Of a stretch of DNA of 64,000 nt, positions 16,450 to 25,500 are shown piece by piece. This DNA comes from Candidatus Thalassarchaeaceae archaeon (GTDB lineage: Archaea; Thermoplasmatota; Poseidoniia; Poseidoniales; Thalassarchaeaceae): the NCBI GenBank assembly GCA_030749075.1, contig JASMKR010000009.1, forward strand, positions 23,296-87,295. Direction: 5' to 3'. Within the stretch, counting starts at the first letter, position 1. Every line of letters begins with the position of its first letter. Below the pieces are notes generated by a model, which was not told the DNA's origin, ran no database searches, and saw only the letters and a list, made by a program, of their open reading frames with translations. Made by a program: the position numbers and the translations under genes.

Positions 16450-18597
16450 TCAGCGGGCGAATTCGAAGCGATCTAGTCGGGGGCTATACAACTCACCACT
16501 GGTCTGCATCTTTGAGATGACCTCGTCGACCACATGCTCTGGGATGCTCTTCGGGAGGGCCAGATTGTAAATTTCAAGGCGTTCTGCGTGTCCTTTTTCT
16601 CTGCACAGTTCCCTGATAATACTCCTGATGGTTGTGTTTGCACGCCTTGTACTGGAAGAAACCCCAGAATGGATTTCTGCTGCATCAGTGATGTTTGACT
16701 CTTGCCTCCAATGCTTGTAGACCCCAATTGCCATTTTCGCGTCTTCTTCGTCGGCTATATCCCTAAGGTGCATCCTGGCGTGGGCCTCGGTGAGGCGAAT
16801 GAGTGATTCTAGTGCGCGGGCGGTAATCGGAACTACATCGGAGCCCCCCAGATTGTCGTCAATCTTCCCGAAGGAAACGCGAGTGGCCGTATAGTACTCG
16901 AGTATCTTCTCCTTAGCCTTCTTGTCAATCTTAGGGTGCACGTTCCTCTTGGCATAGGCAATGTACTTTCTCAAGAAATCGGTCGTCAGGTACTCCTTAT
17001 TGTCCACCCCGATAGAGATGATTTGGTCCTCTTCAGAGGAGTTCGGGTCGAAATCGGTTCCATCCCCAATTTTCTCCTCACTCATGGCTTGGGCGCGGGT
17101 CTCGAGAATGTGCCTAGCAACCCGTTCATCGTCCTCCACCCTAATCTCATCCCTGATCATCCAAATAATATCGAATCTCGAAGCGAGGGGTACGGGCAGC
17201 CCGGTTTCTTTGAATGAATACATTATGCTGATATTGCTACCACGGACGGAGAACCTTCCCTGAACAGGGTTGGCGGCTGCCAATACAGAGCATCGCGCCG
17301 GTAGGGTGGCGTTGATGCCCCCCTTGGAAACATGGATCTCCTGTTGTTCCATGGCGGGATGCATCGTCTTGCGGTCGTCCTCGGAAATCTTGTCAAACTC
17401 GTCTATTGCCGCTAGTCCTCTGTCCGAGAGAGGTAGTATTCCAGCTTCTAATCCGAACCTCCCGTCATTGAACGCGTCCCTGACAGCAGCCGCGGTCAGG
17501 CCGGCTCCAGACACACCCCCCCCAGAGGCTAGTTTGCCACGAGGGGAGATTTTTATCATGTATTTGAGAAGCTGCGACTTCGCTACCCCGGGATCCCCCA
17601 TCAGTAGGATGTGGATGTCACCCCTGAGCCGAGTATTGTCCGGGTTTATCCTAGAAACGCCGCCGAACAGCTGCAAAGCTAGGGAGCGCTTGACAGCTGG
17701 CATGTCTCCGATGGCAAAAACAGAGGGGGCAATCGAGTTCTGCATCAATGTGAGCAATTCCTTTCCCCTTTTTGAAATGGAAATTATCTCCTCCTTATCC
17801 TCATCACTGATTGAAATCTCGGTAAACGGAACGCTCTCGTGCTCAGAACTGACCAAATGGTAGACGATGTCGAACAGCGGTGTTTTCTTGCCCTTCTTGA
17901 CTTCGGTGCGAGCGAAAGGGACTACGTTTGCAGTAATCCTCTGTCCCGGCAGATGCTTGTTCACCTGATCCCCCTCGACGAGGACCATTCCCCTTCCAGG
18001 TTGGGCGCCGCTGGGGACGTTCTCGGGCAATTCCTGAATCTCTATCCACTGATTGTTCACCATTCTAGAATTCAATAGCACAAGTTCGAAACGGGTCACT
18101 GGTCTAGAACTACCACAGCCGCCAAGTGCCTGAGGACAAGATAATGGTTCCTTCAGTTGCCTCTCGTTATCTTGCTCGATTTCAATATCATGTCCACAAG
18201 ACTCGCACTTGAACACGGCCCTGTGAATTCTGGGCTTGATCTCGGACATCTTGGTCACGATGACATCAACGCTTCGCATTCTATTGATATCGGCACTACC
18301 GATTTCTCGAAGCGGCCTTCGGCTGTCCTTCGGTAACTCACCGACTCGAAGCAAGGGCTCGATGTCCTCGCCCCTCTCTCTGCAAATTTCCATCAGCGTC
18401 TTTGACCCGGCTGCAAGGATTTTTCTCGGGTATTCTAGTACGTCATCGGCGAACTCCGGATCGAATCTCTGCAGCTCGTGGAATGAGACGCCCAGAAATG
18501 GGAAATGAGTCTGCCCGGAAATAAGCATCATCACCTCTGATTCCTTAGCCTCCTCGAGGAAGGTCCTCCATCTCGCGGAGGCATCATGTGCTGCCAT
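16450..18597 (-). CDS. mcm: MCM replicative helicase
   Basis: Zinc-finger Cys (CESCGH ... CPQALGGCGS), Walker A GDPGVAKSQLLKY, Walker B AAIDEFDKI, arginine finger SRFD. No intein. Start trimmed from TTG 18603 to ATG 18597. Confidence 0.95.
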   Translation of the reverse strand: MAAHDASARWRTFLEEAKESEVMMLISGQTHFPFLGVSFHELQRFDPEFADDVLEYPRKILAAGSKTLMEICRERGEDIEPLLRVGELPKDSRRPLREIGSADINRMRSVDVIVTKMSEIKPRIHRAVFKCESCGHDIEIEQDNERQLKEPLSCPQALGGCGSSRPVTRFELVLLNSRMVNNQWIEIQELPENVPSGAQPGRGMVLVEGDQVNKHLPGQRITANVVPFARTEVKKGKKTPLFDIVYHLVSSEHESVPFTEISISDEDKEEIISISKRGKELLTLMQNSIAPSVFAIGDMPAVKRSLALQLFGGVSRINPDNTRLRGDIHILLMGDPGVAKSQLLKYMIKISPRGKLASGGGVSGAGLTAAAVRDAFNDGRFGLEAGILPLSDRGLAAIDEFDKISEDDRKTMHPAMEQQEIHVSKGGINATLPARCSVLAAANPVQGRFSVRGSNISIMYSFKETGLPVPLASRFDIIWMIRDEIRVEDDERVARHILETRAQAMSEEKIGDGTDFDPNSSEEDQIISIGVDNKEYLTTDFLRKYIAYAKRNVHPKIDKKAKEKILEYYTATRVSFGKIDDNLGGSDVVPITARALESLIRLTEAHARMHLRDIADEEDAKMAIGVYKHWRQESNITDAAEIHSGVSSSTRRANTTIRSIIRELCREKGHAERLEIYNLALPKSIPEHVVDEVISKMQTSGELYSPRLDRFEFAR

Positions 18598-18668
18598 TGT
18601 CAACTGATTTCACCGCCGGGCTTTACTACTCTGAAGAGTAGGCCTATGAACAGTGTGGTTGTGAATTC

Positions 18669-18696
18669 CAACCCCATTGCTTCCACTGGAGAAAAG
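18669..18696 (-). promoter_or_regulatory. Single ORB-like (Orc1/Cdc6 origin-recognition-box-like) element upstream of mcm
   Basis: The minus strand reads CTTTTCTCCAGTGGAAGCAATGGGGTTGG. This is a TCCAGTGGA dyad followed by a G-string, the same layout as archaeal ORB elements as I recall them. Only one copy was seen, and there is no flanking AT-rich unwinding element. Confidence 0.3.
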
Positions 18697-18819
18697 TGAC
18701 TAATGCAGGTATGCAATCGGAGTACTGGGCGCTTCTACTGCAACTCCCCTATGGATATCGCCAACCCAGAGGAAGGTTCTCTTGGGTGAGTTTGAAGTCA
18801 CGGAGGTCAATCGTGGCTC

Positions 18820-19254
18820 ATGGAGCACAGGCGCATTGGCCGCGACGTGTTCGTCAGACTCGATGCAGGCGACGAAATGCACGCTTCAATTCGCGAGTTG
18901 TGCGAGCATGGGATTACTGCGGCTGCAATCACAAGCGGAATCGGCAGGGTACGCGACACCTCGATTGGTTATCTTGATGCAGATGGAATCTACCAGAAAG
19001 TGGTTCATCATGCTCCGATGGAGCTCCTCTCGACTCAGGGGAGTCTCGCTCCCGGTCCCGACGGCCCATTCACCCACATCCACATCGTCGCCTCTGACGA
19101 CGACCACAGGGTCCACGGGGGTCACCTGTTCGAAGCGACCGTGGAGGTCACCGCCGAAATTCACCTGCGCTTGCTGGGAGAAGAGGACAGGCCCTTCCAG
19201 CGTGTGGCAACCGAGAGCGATTTCGTTCGGCTCTCCTTCTGCGACTTGGGGTGA
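18820..19254 (+). CDS. PPC/DUF296-domain protein (PD1-like predicted DNA-binding fold)
   Basis: 144 aa: RDVFVRLDAGDEMHASIRELCEHGITAAAITSGIGRVRDTSIGYLD ... PFTHIHIVASDDDHRVHGGHLFEATV. The track's 751-aa ORF overlaps it in another frame only as a spurious N-terminal extension. Confidence 0.75.
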   Translation: MEHRRIGRDVFVRLDAGDEMHASIRELCEHGITAAAITSGIGRVRDTSIGYLDADGIYQKVVHHAPMELLSTQGSLAPGPDGPFTHIHIVASDDDHRVHGGHLFEATVEVTAEIHLRLLGEEDRPFQRVATESDFVRLSFCDLG

Positions 19255-19258
19255 GGTC

Positions 19259-21037
19259 GTGAGGGTTCTATTCGCTCACGGTTTTGAGGGCAGTCCTGAG
19301 GGATCAAAGGTTGTCTACATGAGGGATGCGCTGGGGTGGGATGTTACTGCACCAGAGATGTCGGAGTTGGGATGGAGCATAGCTAGTCAGACCGAAGTTC
19401 TAATTCGCCACTTGGATGACGGGCAGTATGATCTCGTGGCTGGCTCTTCAATGGGTGGCCTCGCAGCTGCAAACGCTTCTTCGATGAGGCCGGAGGCAGA
19501 CATACGATTGCTTCTGATAGCGCCATCCTTTGGCTTGGCTGAAAACTGGGAGGGGATGGAAGAAGCGGGTAGGAGTGCTTGGAAACTCACAGGAGAGAGG
19601 AGGTATGCGGGCTTCGAATTGGACATACTGCTTCCGTGGGAGTTCATGGAATCGGCAGAGAAGATGTCTTGGCCTGAGACAGCGCATCCGACGGCGATAA
19701 TGCATGGGACAAACGATGAAGTGGTTCCAATTAGCTACTCACGCAAGGTTGCAGAAAAGTGTGCAAATGTGAATCTTCACGAAGTCGATGATAATCATCG
19801 AATGAAGGAGTCTTTGCGCCTCATTCCAGATATTGTGACTGGCCTAATGGGGAGTGCCGGGGACGAAGGGGCGGTTCTTTTGGAGAAGTTCCAAAATAGG
19901 CTGGATGAGGATGGGGAGAAACTTGAGGTACCCAAGCAATCGTCGACTGAGGTGAGTGATGTCGAAGAGCAGGGTGTTCAGGTGACAGGTGATTTTGATG
20001 ATGATCATGAATTAGAGAGCGAGGCTGCTAATAAATCTGAAGAGGCCGAAAGGGAAATCCAAGATATACAGGCTGAGATGAAAAGGCTCGAGGCTGAGAT
20101 GGCTCAGAAGCAAGAGGTTCTTGAGGCCTCAAAGGAAGAGGAGCGGACAGAGCAAGAGGCGCGCGATAGGTCGGAAGCGGAGGCCGAGGAGGCACGGCTG
20201 GAGGCGGAAGCTAAGGCGGAGGCCGCGAAAGCACGCAAGAAGGCGGAGGCGGAAGTGATTGCAGCCAAGGTAGAGGCCGAGGAGGCACGCATGAATGCGG
20301 AGATCGAGGAGGCCGAGGCCGAGGAAGCCAAAGCTGAGGCTGAGGCTGCCGAGAAGAGAGTGGGCGAAGCCGTTCGAAAAGCCGAGGAGGCTGGAAAGGA
20401 CATCGAGCTAATCGCTTCTGAAGCGGAGAGGGAGGAGAGGGAGGAACTTATTCTTGAGAGAGTTGGCCTTAGATCCGAACAAATTAACTGGGCCCAGGTA
20501 GGCAAATCTGAGAACGGGGAGTCAGATGATCTCACTAGGATTAATGGGGTAGACGACTTTACGCAGAAGAAGCTCAATGTCCTGGGAATCCACTCTTTCG
20601 GGCAGATTTCAAAGATGGGCCCTGAGACTTCTGAGATAGTTAATGACGCTCTGGAGTTTATGCCAGGCAGGATTAACGAAATGGAGTGGATGCAACAGGC
20701 AATGACTCTCATTGGATTGGAAGAAGTGGGGGATGGTTCGCAAACTGTGGAGACGGGGGGCGAGGATTCTGATAGAGTGGGGCTGAATGAGATAAACTGG
20801 ACCCAGATAGGCAGAGCGAAAAACGAGGGGCCTGACGACCTTACGAAGATTAAAGGAATAGATGATTTAATTCAGAAGAAGCTGAATGTCATAGGGATCC
20901 ACACATTAGAGCAAATTTCTAAGATGGACAATGTTACCGCCGAGGCAGTTAATGGGGCTCTGGAGATGATGCCTGGAAGGGTCGCGAAGATGATGTGGGC
21001 CCAGCAGGCTATGACGCTCATTGGACAGTGTGATTGA
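19259..21037 (+). CDS. Fusion protein: alpha/beta hydrolase domain, Glu/Ala/Lys coiled coil, two tandem HhH-like modules
   Basis: GTG 19259 gives MRVLFAHGFEGSPEGSKV. The nucleophile elbow is GSSMGG and the late His is in DDNHRM. An EAEAEEARLEAEAKAEAAKARKK coiled coil follows. Two copies of the DDLT(R/K)I.G(V/I)DD..QKKLNV(L/I)GIH...QISKM...ALE(F/M)MPGR module are paralogous to the C-terminus of 11029-12627. Confidence 0.7.
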   Translation: MRVLFAHGFEGSPEGSKVVYMRDALGWDVTAPEMSELGWSIASQTEVLIRHLDDGQYDLVAGSSMGGLAAANASSMRPEADIRLLLIAPSFGLAENWEGMEEAGRSAWKLTGERRYAGFELDILLPWEFMESAEKMSWPETAHPTAIMHGTNDEVVPISYSRKVAEKCANVNLHEVDDNHRMKESLRLIPDIVTGLMGSAGDEGAVLLEKFQNRLDEDGEKLEVPKQSSTEVSDVEEQGVQVTGDFDDDHELESEAANKSEEAEREIQDIQAEMKRLEAEMAQKQEVLEASKEEERTEQEARDRSEAEAEEARLEAEAKAEAAKARKKAEAEVIAAKVEAEEARMNAEIEEAEAEEAKAEAEAAEKRVGEAVRKAEEAGKDIELIASEAEREEREELILERVGLRSEQINWAQVGKSENGESDDLTRINGVDDFTQKKLNVLGIHSFGQISKMGPETSEIVNDALEFMPGRINEMEWMQQAMTLIGLEEVGDGSQTVETGGEDSDRVGLNEINWTQIGRAKNEGPDDLTKIKGIDDLIQKKLNVIGIHTLEQISKMDNVTAEAVNGALEMMPGRVAKMMWAQQAMTLIGQCD

Positions 21038-21062
21038 CCTATCTCGGGTAGCGTTAACTTTC

Positions 21063-21782
21063 TTAATGGCCTGTTGAACCAAGGAAATACTCGCCAATCT
21101 CCGGGTCGGTCAAGATGTGCTGAGCGTCACCAGTGTGTACCACCTTGCCGCTGGCCAGAATGTAACCGCGATCCGAGCGCGCTAGCGAGAGGCGCGCGTT
21201 CTGCTCGACGATGAGGATGGTGATGCCGTCCTCGCGCAGGGAGTCGATGCGCTCGATAATCTGCTGCTGGTAAAGCGGGGAGAGCGCGGCGGTGGGCTCG
21301 TCGAGCAGAAGGAACTTGGGGTCCGAGATTAGCGCTCGGGAGATCGCCAGCATCTGCCTCTCGCCACCCGATAGGGATGCGGCGAGGTCGTGCTCGCGCG
21401 AGCGCAGGTCCGGGAACATCTCGAGCGCTCGCTCGATGCGTTCGTTGAGGATGTTGTTGGGAAGCGTGTTGCCGCCCATCTGCAGATTCTCCTCGACGGA
21501 GAGCGAGGGGAACACGTTGTCAACCTGGGGGACGTACGCAATGCCTTGGTTGACTAGTTGGTCTGTGCGCCACCCGGAGACGTCCTGTCCCATGTACTCG
21601 ATATCACCGCCGTAGTAGGTGGCGATGCCGAAGATGGTCTTGATTAGCGTCGACTTGCCACAGCCGTTGGGCCCGATGATGGTGACGAACTCGCCCTCGT
21701 CGACGTGGATGTCTATATCGTACAGGATCTGGACCGATCCATATCCCCCCTCGAGGCCCCTGACATCGAGAACCCGGGTCAT
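21063..21782 (-). CDS. livF: Branched-chain amino-acid ABC transporter ATP-binding protein
   Basis: GPNGCGKSTLIKTI, LSGGERQMLAISRAL, LLLDEPTAAL. ATGA overlap with livG. Confidence 0.9.
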   Translation of the reverse strand: MTRVLDVRGLEGGYGSVQILYDIDIHVDEGEFVTIIGPNGCGKSTLIKTIFGIATYYGGDIEYMGQDVSGWRTDQLVNQGIAYVPQVDNVFPSLSVEENLQMGGNTLPNNILNERIERALEMFPDLRSREHDLAASLSGGERQMLAISRALISDPKFLLLDEPTAALSPLYQQQIIERIDSLREDGITILIVEQNARLSLARSDRGYILASGKVVHTGDAQHILTDPEIGEYFLGSTGH

Positions 21783-22567
21783 TCCTCCTCACCCCCGCTG
21801 TCTCCGGTTGCCCCGAGATAAGCCTCGATTACGGCCCTATTACTACGGACGTCGTCAGGAGTACCCTGCATCAGGACCTCTCCCTCGTTCATCACTATGA
21901 TGCGGTCGACGCCCTGCCTCAGGATGAAGTCCATGTTGTGTTCGATGATGAGTACGGATATTCCGGTCTCATCGACCGTCTTCCTGAGGTTGTTGAATAT
22001 CTTCAGCGCTAGCGGTCCCGCTACCCCTGCCACGGGCTCGTCCAGCAGCAGAAGGCCGGGGTCTCCCATCATCGAGCGCCCTATGTCCACAAGTTTGCTC
22101 TGGCCGCCGGAGAGTTCGCTCGTGAGATTCTCCGCCATGTGCGGAACTTCGAGCTGGTCGAGCACGGCGTAGGCCTTGCTCAGGCGCTCCTGCTCGGCGG
22201 GACGGCTGTTCGGCTGCAGGAGGGCTAGGAATGGGTTGGGGGAGAACTGGTTCCTCGGTGGCACTAGCAGGTTCTCTATGACCGTCATCTGCCTCCAAAG
22301 CCGGGTGTGCTGGAAGGTGCGTGTGACCCCCAGTTGCTGAATCTGGTCGGGGTGCATCTGGGAGGCGTCTTCTCCGAAGACCTCGACCGACCCGGCCGTC
22401 TGGTCAAGGAGGCCGCTGATGCAGTTGAAGGTGGTCGACTTACCGCAGCCATTGGGACCGATCAAGCCAACGAACTCACCCTCCCCGACTTCGAACGAGA
22501 CGTCGTTGACGGCCACCAGCCCACCGAACTCCATACGCAGGCCCTCGACCTTGAGCACGGAATTCAT
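21779..22567 (-). CDS. livG: Branched-chain amino-acid ABC transporter ATP-binding protein
   Basis: MNSVLKVEGLRMEFGGLVAVNDVSFEV, GPNGCGKSTTFN, LSGGQSKLVDIGRSM. Start trimmed to ATG 22567, which forms an ATGA overlap with the permease stop. Confidence 0.9.
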   Translation of the reverse strand: MNSVLKVEGLRMEFGGLVAVNDVSFEVGEGEFVGLIGPNGCGKSTTFNCISGLLDQTAGSVEVFGEDASQMHPDQIQQLGVTRTFQHTRLWRQMTVIENLLVPPRNQFSPNPFLALLQPNSRPAEQERLSKAYAVLDQLEVPHMAENLTSELSGGQSKLVDIGRSMMGDPGLLLLDEPVAGVAGPLALKIFNNLRKTVDETGISVLIIEHNMDFILRQGVDRIIVMNEGEVLMQGTPDDVRSNRAVIEAYLGATGDSGGEEE

Positions 22568-25500
22568 TCGGAGTCCCCTCCCGAGTGGCCCGGACGGGGT
22601 GGCCTGCTGGGAACCTCTGGTAGTAGGCCCTTGGGGTTGTACTTGAGCGAGAACAGGATCAGGCATCCAATCATGAGCACCTTGACATATGCCATGTCAG
22701 CGAGGATGACTCCGCCGTAGAACGCCTCGCTGATTGAGCGATCCCCCATCATCACCCCTGCGAAAGCCATCACAACCACCCCAGATATTCCGACCTCCGT
22801 AAGGGGCTTCCATCCGAAAACAATGCCAAGCATCGCGATGACAGTGAAGTATGCCGCCACATCCCAAGGTTGGGCTACCAGCCAATTGAAGAACTCGTCG
22901 ACTGCGGCTGAGGTCTCGTGCAGAGGGAGGTCGGATGATCCTTGGCTGGCTACGAGGACGTTGAAGACAAACTCCATCAGAACGATGATGAAGGCACCGA
23001 TGACCATCCCCCTGTTATTGGCCGCGCCACCAACAACGAAGGCGGCCCATACTAGGAATGTCGATTTTGCAGGAGCCATGAACGATGGTTGGAAGCCTGT
23101 CAGCTTCCAAGCCCACAGAGCCCCGGCGAGGCCAGCGATCGCAGCACCGAAGGCGAGGCTCGCCGCCTTGTGTGTCAGAACGTCGTGACCATGATGCTGC
23201 GCGACATCCTCGTCCTCTCGGATGGCCTTGAGGATCCTTCCCCAAGGAGACTTGAGCACTGTCTCAAGCAGCCACCAGACCAAAACCAGACTCACGATTC
23301 CGATTAGCGCTAGCAGCATCATGTAGGGTGCTGCCTCTCCGAGGTTCAGCGCGTCTCCGACTCTCTCAGCCATGCTCCCTATGCCGACAACGTCGCTGCA
23401 CTCGTCTGGGCTGAAAGGCTCAATCAGGTCGTCCGCCGTGCCGAGGATGCCGTCCGGTCCCGGGAGTGGGTCCTTCAGAGGGGGATCGCTGCCGCAGAAC
23501 CACCAACCCTGCAAGGGTAGGACGTATCGAGAAATTCCTATCGACGACCCCCATGAACCAGCCCTGAGAAGCGGCTCGCCCATCAGTAAGACGCGTACGA
23601 TCTCACCCAGTGAGATCGTAACAATTGCGAAGTAGTCCATTCTCAGCCTAGCAGTCGGATAGGCGAGCATCCAGCCGAAGCCGGCGGCGAGAATCACGGC
23701 GGCTACGGTGGCCCAGAGGACCGGCCAGTCGTAGCCGTGGAGGTCCTTTGGTGCGGTTAGGATCCCGACTGTGATTGCCCCCACACCCACGAAGAAGATC
23801 ACACCGAAGTTGACCATCCCAGTGATTCCTGTGTGGAGGTTGAGCGAGAATGCCATTAGGGCGAATATGGAGAGCGTGACTAGGACATTGGACACCTGCA
23901 GCACTTTGATGAATCGGTCGTTATCGCTTTCAGCCACCGGCAGCCACCATACGAACATAATCAGCAGGATGAGCAGGGCTGCGAATAGCGCCCATGAGCC
24001 AAGCGGGCTCTCCCTTCCGTATGGAGCCCACTTCCGAGTCCCCTCGAACGGATTGGTCTGACGCTCCTTCAATGATTCAGTGGCTCCTTCGACGGAAGAG
24101 CGCAAGTTGCTCTGGACCCCCCCGAGTGCGTCTCTCAGGGGGCTGAGGGAGTTGGTCAGTGCAATCGTGGAGTTGTTCCTGAAGCGCATCAGAGCCGAAG
24201 TGAACGAGTCGAGAATCCCAATTGCGGAATCAAGGGGGTCGTCTTCCCGGCCTTGGATTAGGTAGATGCCTTCCGTGAGGGCGACCAGCCAAACCAGTAT
24301 TGGCACGACCGGCCACACGATGTCACCCAGGGTGATGACCGTGCTGAGGAAGTCGAGTTCGGAGCTCATCAAATCGAACCAAGATTCGTTCAAACTGTCG
24401 AAACTGTCGGCTATCCATTCCGAGTGGTAGAATGGTGCTAGGTCATCCGGTGGGCTTGGCACATCGTTAATCGTGAATGGGGAGTCCTCGAGCAAAAGGG
24501 TTCCATCGGGCCTGCCCGTTAGCAACTGAAGGTTGGAGGTTACAGACTCGTTTGCCACGCATGCCTCAGAGCAAGAGCCGTCGGCGAGCGAGTTGGCGGA
24601 GATGAAGCGGGTGATTCTGCTGAAGAAGTAGGCGGCTATGGTCACAATCAGCATCGACTCCCCCCTCGATGACTTCCTCTGCTGGAAGTTGTGGAGCCCG
24701 AGAGCGCCCAATGGAGAGAAGGCCAGTGCAGCGCCGAGTTGCCTCGATGGCTCGGTCTCCCTCTCGGCACGACGACGGAGCCTGTCGACCTGCCATTTCT
24801 CGTATGCAGCGCCGATTCCCTCCGGCATTATCATCAGGATGGCCACAAGGAAGATGTAGGGCATAACGCCGTCCAGAGCGGTGTAGTTGGAGCGGCCCAA
24901 CGGGAGTCCGATGCCGATGAGGATCGGCGATGAGAGCGCTCGAACGAAGCCGACGACCAGCGCCCCCACTATGGCACCCTCGATCGAGCCGATTGTACCT
25001 AGGACGATGACTGCGAACGATGGCAGGAGGAGGGTGAAGGCGGTCTCCGGCGTGAATCTGAGCGTCATTGCGAATATGGCGCCTCCCATCCCGGAGATTC
25101 CTGCCGACAAGAACGCGCTGGTCATCTGTATGCGCTCGACGTTGATGCCGCTGCTGGCAGCCAGGTCTGGGTTGTCGGCTACGGCCCTCATTCTGCGGCC
25201 GAGCCTGGTCTTCCTGAGCAGCACCATCAGCAGGAGGACCGAACTGAAAATCACCACGGGCATGGCGCCCTTGTAGTACGCGTAACCGGTAGTGTACTGG
25301 GAGACGCAGTCGTTTGCAACATTGTAGAACTCCCAAGCCGGCTTGCTGCCTTCGGTGACGATGTGCTCTAGGACCGGTTCGCCGGTAACCGGGTCGACTC
25401 TGGTCTGCTCGCAAGCCCCATAGGTGTATGTTCCGCCCTCCTCGAGGTCACGCACTCCTAGGTTGAGTCGCATCTTCTGGGTCGGTATGTCCCACCTGAG

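Noticed and set aside
18782-19258. N-terminal 159 codons of the track's 751-aa ORF
   Set aside because: This stretch overlaps the well-supported PPC/DUF296 gene in another frame and has no motifs. The hydrolase domain begins exactly at GTG 19259 (MRVLFAHGFEG), 4 nt after the PPC stop.
24566-25414. 282-aa minus-strand alternate-frame ORF inside the LivHM gene (also 55922-56536, 43051-43788, 31692-32444, 29839-30552, 1878-2669)
   Set aside because: All are Arg/Pro/Gly-rich shadow ORFs nested in or antisense to genes with unambiguous family motifs, as expected at this GC content.
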